Source: a virus
Taxonomy: Duplodnaviria > Caudoviricetes
Virus record (IMG/VR): IMGVR_UViG_3300018080_000041
Span: 1-45,789 of that record
Length of the DNA: 45,789 nt
Direction: 5' to 3' (one strand)
Shown here: positions 42,939-45,789 of the stretch, piece after piece
Numbering within the stretch: position 1 is the stretch's first letter
Layout: every line of letters starts with the position of its first letter
Program-made: the position numbers and the translations under genes
The notes under the pieces: model-generated
Seen by the model: the letters and a program-made list of their open reading frames with translations, nothing else
Database searches by the model: none
Told to the model about the DNA's origin: nothing

Positions 42939-43756
42939 GCCGCCACCGGCTGCATGAACCGCACAGGCTTGATCTTACCGTTCTTCTTGACCGCGTCCCC
43001 ATGCTCCAGGGTTGTGGGCCAGGCATGGTACGTACCCCAGACGACCGCCAGCAGTTGGGTCATGTCGCAGATCTGTTTGTGGGCCGCCCCCAACTTGTCG
43101 AAATGGCCCTTGATGTCCCACAATACATTCCACTGGTCGTCGCTCGGTTGAGGAGCCCCTTGCGGCACGATCACCTGACCCGCACACTCTTGCCCTCCGG
43201 CGTCCCCACCAAAACCGCCCGCGGGCTGAGCCCCTCCAGGGCCGCCAACACCGTGACGACCTCGACCGGGAAAGGGCTGGCCTGGACCCGGGTAATCCGG
43301 CGTGGTATACTGGGGCCGTTGGGCGGGAGCGGGTGCCTGCTGTCTTTGGCGAGTGGCGGCCCCGTTTCCTGCCTGCTGATTGATCGCGTTGGCCACCTCA
43401 TCAAAGCTGGCGAGTGAAGTGTCGATCCCAATACCCAGGCACGCCAGGGCCCGACCAATCGCCGACGTCTCACAGTTTTCCACGTGGCTCGTCTTGTTGA
43501 TGAACGAGCTGTCGGCTCGCTCCAGGGCATGACCCGTCGCCACGGGCCGGTCGTGTTCGTCAAGCACTATTGCCTTGATGCAGACCGTGCCGTTGCTGTG
43601 GTGCGTGATCTCGGTGAGCAATGCATACCCGGCGTACGCCTCGTCTGTGCGAAAATGCCGCAACCGTTCGTCCACCGGCACATAGGTGTTGCCTTTGATG
43701 TCGATGGCCCGGAGACCCTCCTGCGTGGTCCCCGCCTGTTTCTGTTCCTTCCTCAT
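42935..43756 (-). CDS. Rad52/Sak-like single-strand annealing protein
   Basis: IKGNTYVPVDERL, ATGHA.E and ENCETSAIGRALACLGIG motifs. Confidence 0.82.
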   Translation of the reverse strand: MRKEQKQAGTTQEGLRAIDIKGNTYVPVDERLRHFRTDEAYAGYALLTEITHHSNGTVCIKAIVLDEHDRPVATGHALERADSSFINKTSHVENCETSAIGRALACLGIGIDTSLASFDEVANAINQQAGNGAATRQRQQAPAPAQRPQYTTPDYPGPGQPFPGRGRHGVGGPGGAQPAGGFGGDAGGQECAGQVIVPQGAPQPSDDQWNVLWDIKGHFDKLGAAHKQICDMTQLLAVVWGTYHAWPTTLEHGDAVKKNGKIKPVRFMQPVAA

Positions 43757-43793
43757 GCTCAATCCCTTTCAATATGGAATGGATGGTCACCCC

Positions 43794-44003
43794 CTACAGC
43801 TCACACGGCCGATAGGTGACCATAATTTTGCTCGCCAACTCCTCTCGGCATGTGCTGCACAAGTACCTGCAATACTCATCGCCCTCAACCTCACACTCCA
43901 GGACATCATGCAGACACCGGACCTCGCCACACCGGTCACATATAGCCTGATTGAAGGCATTGCTGTCTGTCGTCAACTCCTCGTCGCAGTACCAGCACCT
44001 CAT
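43794..44003 (-). CDS. Small zinc-finger protein
   Basis: Several CxxC motifs; ATGA coupling. Confidence 0.6.
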   Translation of the reverse strand: MRCWYCDEELTTDSNAFNQAICDRCGEVRCLHDVLECEVEGDEYCRYLCSTCREELASKIMVTYRPCEL

Positions 44004-44197
44004 GCCCCGACCCTCTCATTGAATCGCACCCACCGTTCCACGTCACTGGGGCGGTAAAACACCCGGCCCCGGATCTTGCGGTACACCGGCCCGATCTGTA
44101 CGCCAAGCCGCCGCGTGTCTCGCCGCATGTGCTCCAGCCAGGTGGCCGCGAGCCCATAGCGTCGTTCGATCTCGTTGGGGGTGGCCAGTCGCTCCAT
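44000..44197 (-). CDS. Excisionase-like winged-helix protein
   Basis: TPNEIERRYGLA..WL and GPVYRKIRGRVFYRPSDVERW; TAATG coupling; second gene of the lytic operon. Confidence 0.8.
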   Translation of the reverse strand: MERLATPNEIERRYGLAATWLEHMRRDTRRLGVQIGPVYRKIRGRVFYRPSDVERWVRFNERVGA

Positions 44198-44358
44198 TAT
44201 GTGTCCAGGCCAGCCTCGCAAGCCCGGCGGACCATCTCCGACAGGGACGTGCTCATGGGCCCGTGCTTTTTCTTGATCTGCCGGAGTAGGGCGTCGGGTA
44301 TCACGACCGCCACAACCGTTGTGCGGGTGCCGACCTTTTTGAGTTGTCTGCGTGCCAT
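44197..44358 (-). CDS. Ribbon-helix-helix Cro-analogue
   Basis: VVAVVIPDALLRQI..SLSEMVRRACE; first gene after the leftward promoter. Confidence 0.72.
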   Translation of the reverse strand: MARRQLKKVGTRTTVVAVVIPDALLRQIKKKHGPMSTSLSEMVRRACEAGLDT

Positions 44359-44413
44359 TGTTGACCTCTCGTAACAATTATTAACAAAATCAACCAATCC
44401 CTTGGATTGCTTC

Positions 44414-44443
44414 TTGACAGGCCCCACCCGATTCCGGTAGCAT
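44414..44443 (+). promoter_or_regulatory. Rightward (lysogenic) promoter candidate
   Basis: TTGACA-18-TAGCAT. Confidence 0.45.
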
Positions 44444-44525
44444 GATGTCAACCTCGCAGAGGGACCTGCCCATTTTCAGTCTCCAATCCACGGCGGTCGC
44501 CGACCGACCGCCAAGTCCGATGGTC

Positions 44526-44554
44526 ATTATCGACTGAACGGCAAATTGTGTCAA
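44526..44554 (-). promoter_or_regulatory. Leftward (lytic) sigma70-like promoter
   Basis: TTGACA-17-GATAAT on the minus strand. Confidence 0.8.
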
Positions 44555-44652
44555 GCATATTTCCTTAGAAATGCTTCAATTTGCTGCAAGCTAAGTCTGT
44601 GCGGGCTCATAGGTGGCTGGTAGTAAATGGGTTAAGAAAATCGAGGATTATT

Positions 44653-44979
44653 GTGCCCGACCCCAAAAAGCCATTCACAGTGACGATCCCCGAGGGGCCC
44701 GCCACCGCGTTCGGAGATCATATCGAACGACGTGGCTACCTTAAGTGGACCGCCATCCTCGGGGCCCTGCGGGCGTACATGGCCCTGCCGCCCGAACTGC
44801 AAGTCTGGCTCAATGATCCAACAGCGACGATGACCGACCCTGAGGTGGCTGAGAAGATGTGCGACTATTTTGCGGCCCGGCGGCGGGAGGATCTACTCGC
44901 TCGCCTCCCGGCCGATCAACAGCAGATGCTGGTGGAGCTGGCACGAGAAACAGCAGAACGTCTAGAGAAAAAGGGGTAA
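44653..44979 (+). CDS. Putative repressor, RHH-like N-terminus
   Basis: GAGGA RBS and GTG start; KPFTVTIP strand followed by helices; divergent from the lytic operon. Confidence 0.65.
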   Translation: MPDPKKPFTVTIPEGPATAFGDHIERRGYLKWTAILGALRAYMALPPELQVWLNDPTATMTDPEVAEKMCDYFAARRREDLLARLPADQQQMLVELARETAERLEKKG

Positions 44980-45214
44980 GTGTATGGTTATCCATCTCTC
45001 TCGGTCCTTCGAGGGTATCGCCGACCCGCGGTTTTCGGCAGGACAAGCCTCTGTTTGGATCGCGAGCCGATGAAGCCTAGGGTACACTGCCCAGCGAGGA
45101 ATTCAAGGGCAAATCCGGGCTGTTTCCTGCCTTGAATCCTAACTAGCTGTCAACACAAAACCTAGAGCGGCGGTTTTTTTGAGGGATTTTTGCCGCAGTC
45201 TGTGAGAGGATGAA

Positions 45215-45466
45215 ATGGCAAAACGAGAAGGGCGAGTGGCGTTCGGGGGACGTATTCCGGCTAGTCTCGCGGAGAAGTTCCATGCGTCCATCCCAACCGG
45301 TCACGACAAACAGCATGCCATCGAGGTCCTGGTGCGGCTCTGGCTGGATATGCCCAGGGCGGTGCAGGCCCAGTTGCTCCTGGGAGAGCAGACGGACAGC
45401 TACTACACAATGGTGAAGACAACCGTCAGTCAGGTGCTCAAGGCGGACCGCCGGAGGCGAAAGTGA
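45215..45466 (+). CDS. Second RHH-like regulator, probable paralogue of 44653-44979
   Basis: GAGGA RBS; VAFGGRIP strand; shared AI....R....P...Q..L pattern. Confidence 0.65.
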   Translation: MAKREGRVAFGGRIPASLAEKFHASIPTGHDKQHAIEVLVRLWLDMPRAVQAQLLLGEQTDSYYTMVKTTVSQVLKADRRRRK

Positions 45467-45469
45467 GCC

Positions 45470-45490
45470 GGGTCACACTGGGGTCACACT
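45470..45490 (+). repeat. Integrase arm-type site pair (left arm)
   Basis: GGGTCACACT at 45470 and 45481 (11-bp period). Confidence 0.75.
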
Positions 45491-45564
45491 CCCCTGCGTT
45501 CAGGGCGGCCCCGGCGTAGCGAGAATGACCTGAAAACCGGCCTTACGGGCCCAAAAACGCTGTC

Positions 45565-45605
45565 GCCGATGTAGCTCAACGGTAGAGCACAGCTTTCGTA
45601 AAGCT
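45565..45605 (+). pseudogene. attP core: 5' half of tRNA-Thr(CGT)
   Basis: GCCGATG acceptor 5' strand, GCTC/GAGC D-stem, AGCT-TTCGTAA-AGCT anticodon arm (CGT at 45597-45599); no T-arm or 3' acceptor strand follows. Confidence 0.85.
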
Positions 45606-45664
45606 AGCCAGGTCTATGATATCCCTATGCAAGACAAGGACTTACGAATGTTCAACCGCATTTC

Positions 45665-45685
45665 GGGTCACTATAGGGTCACGCC
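45665..45685 (+). repeat. Integrase arm-type site pair (right arm), abutting the int start codon
   Basis: GGGTCAC at 45665 and 45676 (11-bp period); int ATG at 45686 (equivalent to position 20). Confidence 0.75.
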
Positions 45686-45789
45686 ATGAGGCGGGTTCGG
45701 GGCCCATTTCAACGCCGGGACCGAGACGGCTGGTGGCTAGAATGGTCCGACTGGATCGGCCCCCGGCGAATCCAACGTCGCCGCAAGTA
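45667..45789 (+). repeat. Terminal direct repeat, copy 2
   Basis: Identical to 1-123. Confidence 0.97.

Larger units (their letters stand above)
1..45789. mobile_element. Complete temperate phage genome (podophage-like virion module, lambdoid replication, integrase and attP), circular
   Basis: 123-bp terminal overlap; packaging, head, tail, replication, immunity and integration modules all present; no host housekeeping flanks. Confidence 0.95.

Noticed and set aside
45565-45640. Functional phage-encoded tRNA-Thr
   Set aside because: No TTC T-loop and no complementary 3' acceptor strand after the anticodon arm.
45667-45789. 123-bp terminal repeat as a biological DTR or attL/attR
   Set aside because: It cuts through the int start and an arm site; most consistent with assembler overlap of a circular contig.
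1-45789. Stop-codon reassignment
   Set aside because: Genes tile densely under code 11, and TAA, TAG and TGA are all used as genuine stops.

Overview
The window is one complete, circularly permuted temperate phage genome of about 45,666 bp; bases 1-123 recur at 45667-45789. The virion module has podophage gene order of the T7/Bordetella BPP-1 type: TerS, TerL, portal, scaffold, major capsid, cement, tail tubular A and B, a GNAT protein, ejection proteins and a ~3170-aa polyvalent ejection protein. No RNA or DNA polymerase is recognisable. Replication is lambdoid (initiator with internal origin, DnaB, SSB, Rad52-like annealase, NinB-like protein, PD-(D/E)xK nuclease). A tyrosine integrase lies beside an attP whose core is the 5' half of a tRNA-Thr(CGT), flanked by paired GGGTCAC arm repeats. 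The immunity switch appears to use ribbon-helix-helix proteins and face-to-face promoters. A dockerin-like motif, a planctomycete-type small protein and a signal-peptide LamG protein suggest a Planctomycetota (Phycisphaerae-like) host, which is inference. Most notable: the 5'-half-tRNA attP; a GTAC 10-bp-period array at both the origin and the terS start; a dockerin-like segment in frame with TerS; nested domain insertions in three virion-module proteins; (Y/F)ET(R/K) linkers separating modules of the giant protein; a multi-stem RNA leader before the capsid gene; and no recognisable endolysin. All family calls come from motifs recognised by eye, not from database searches.
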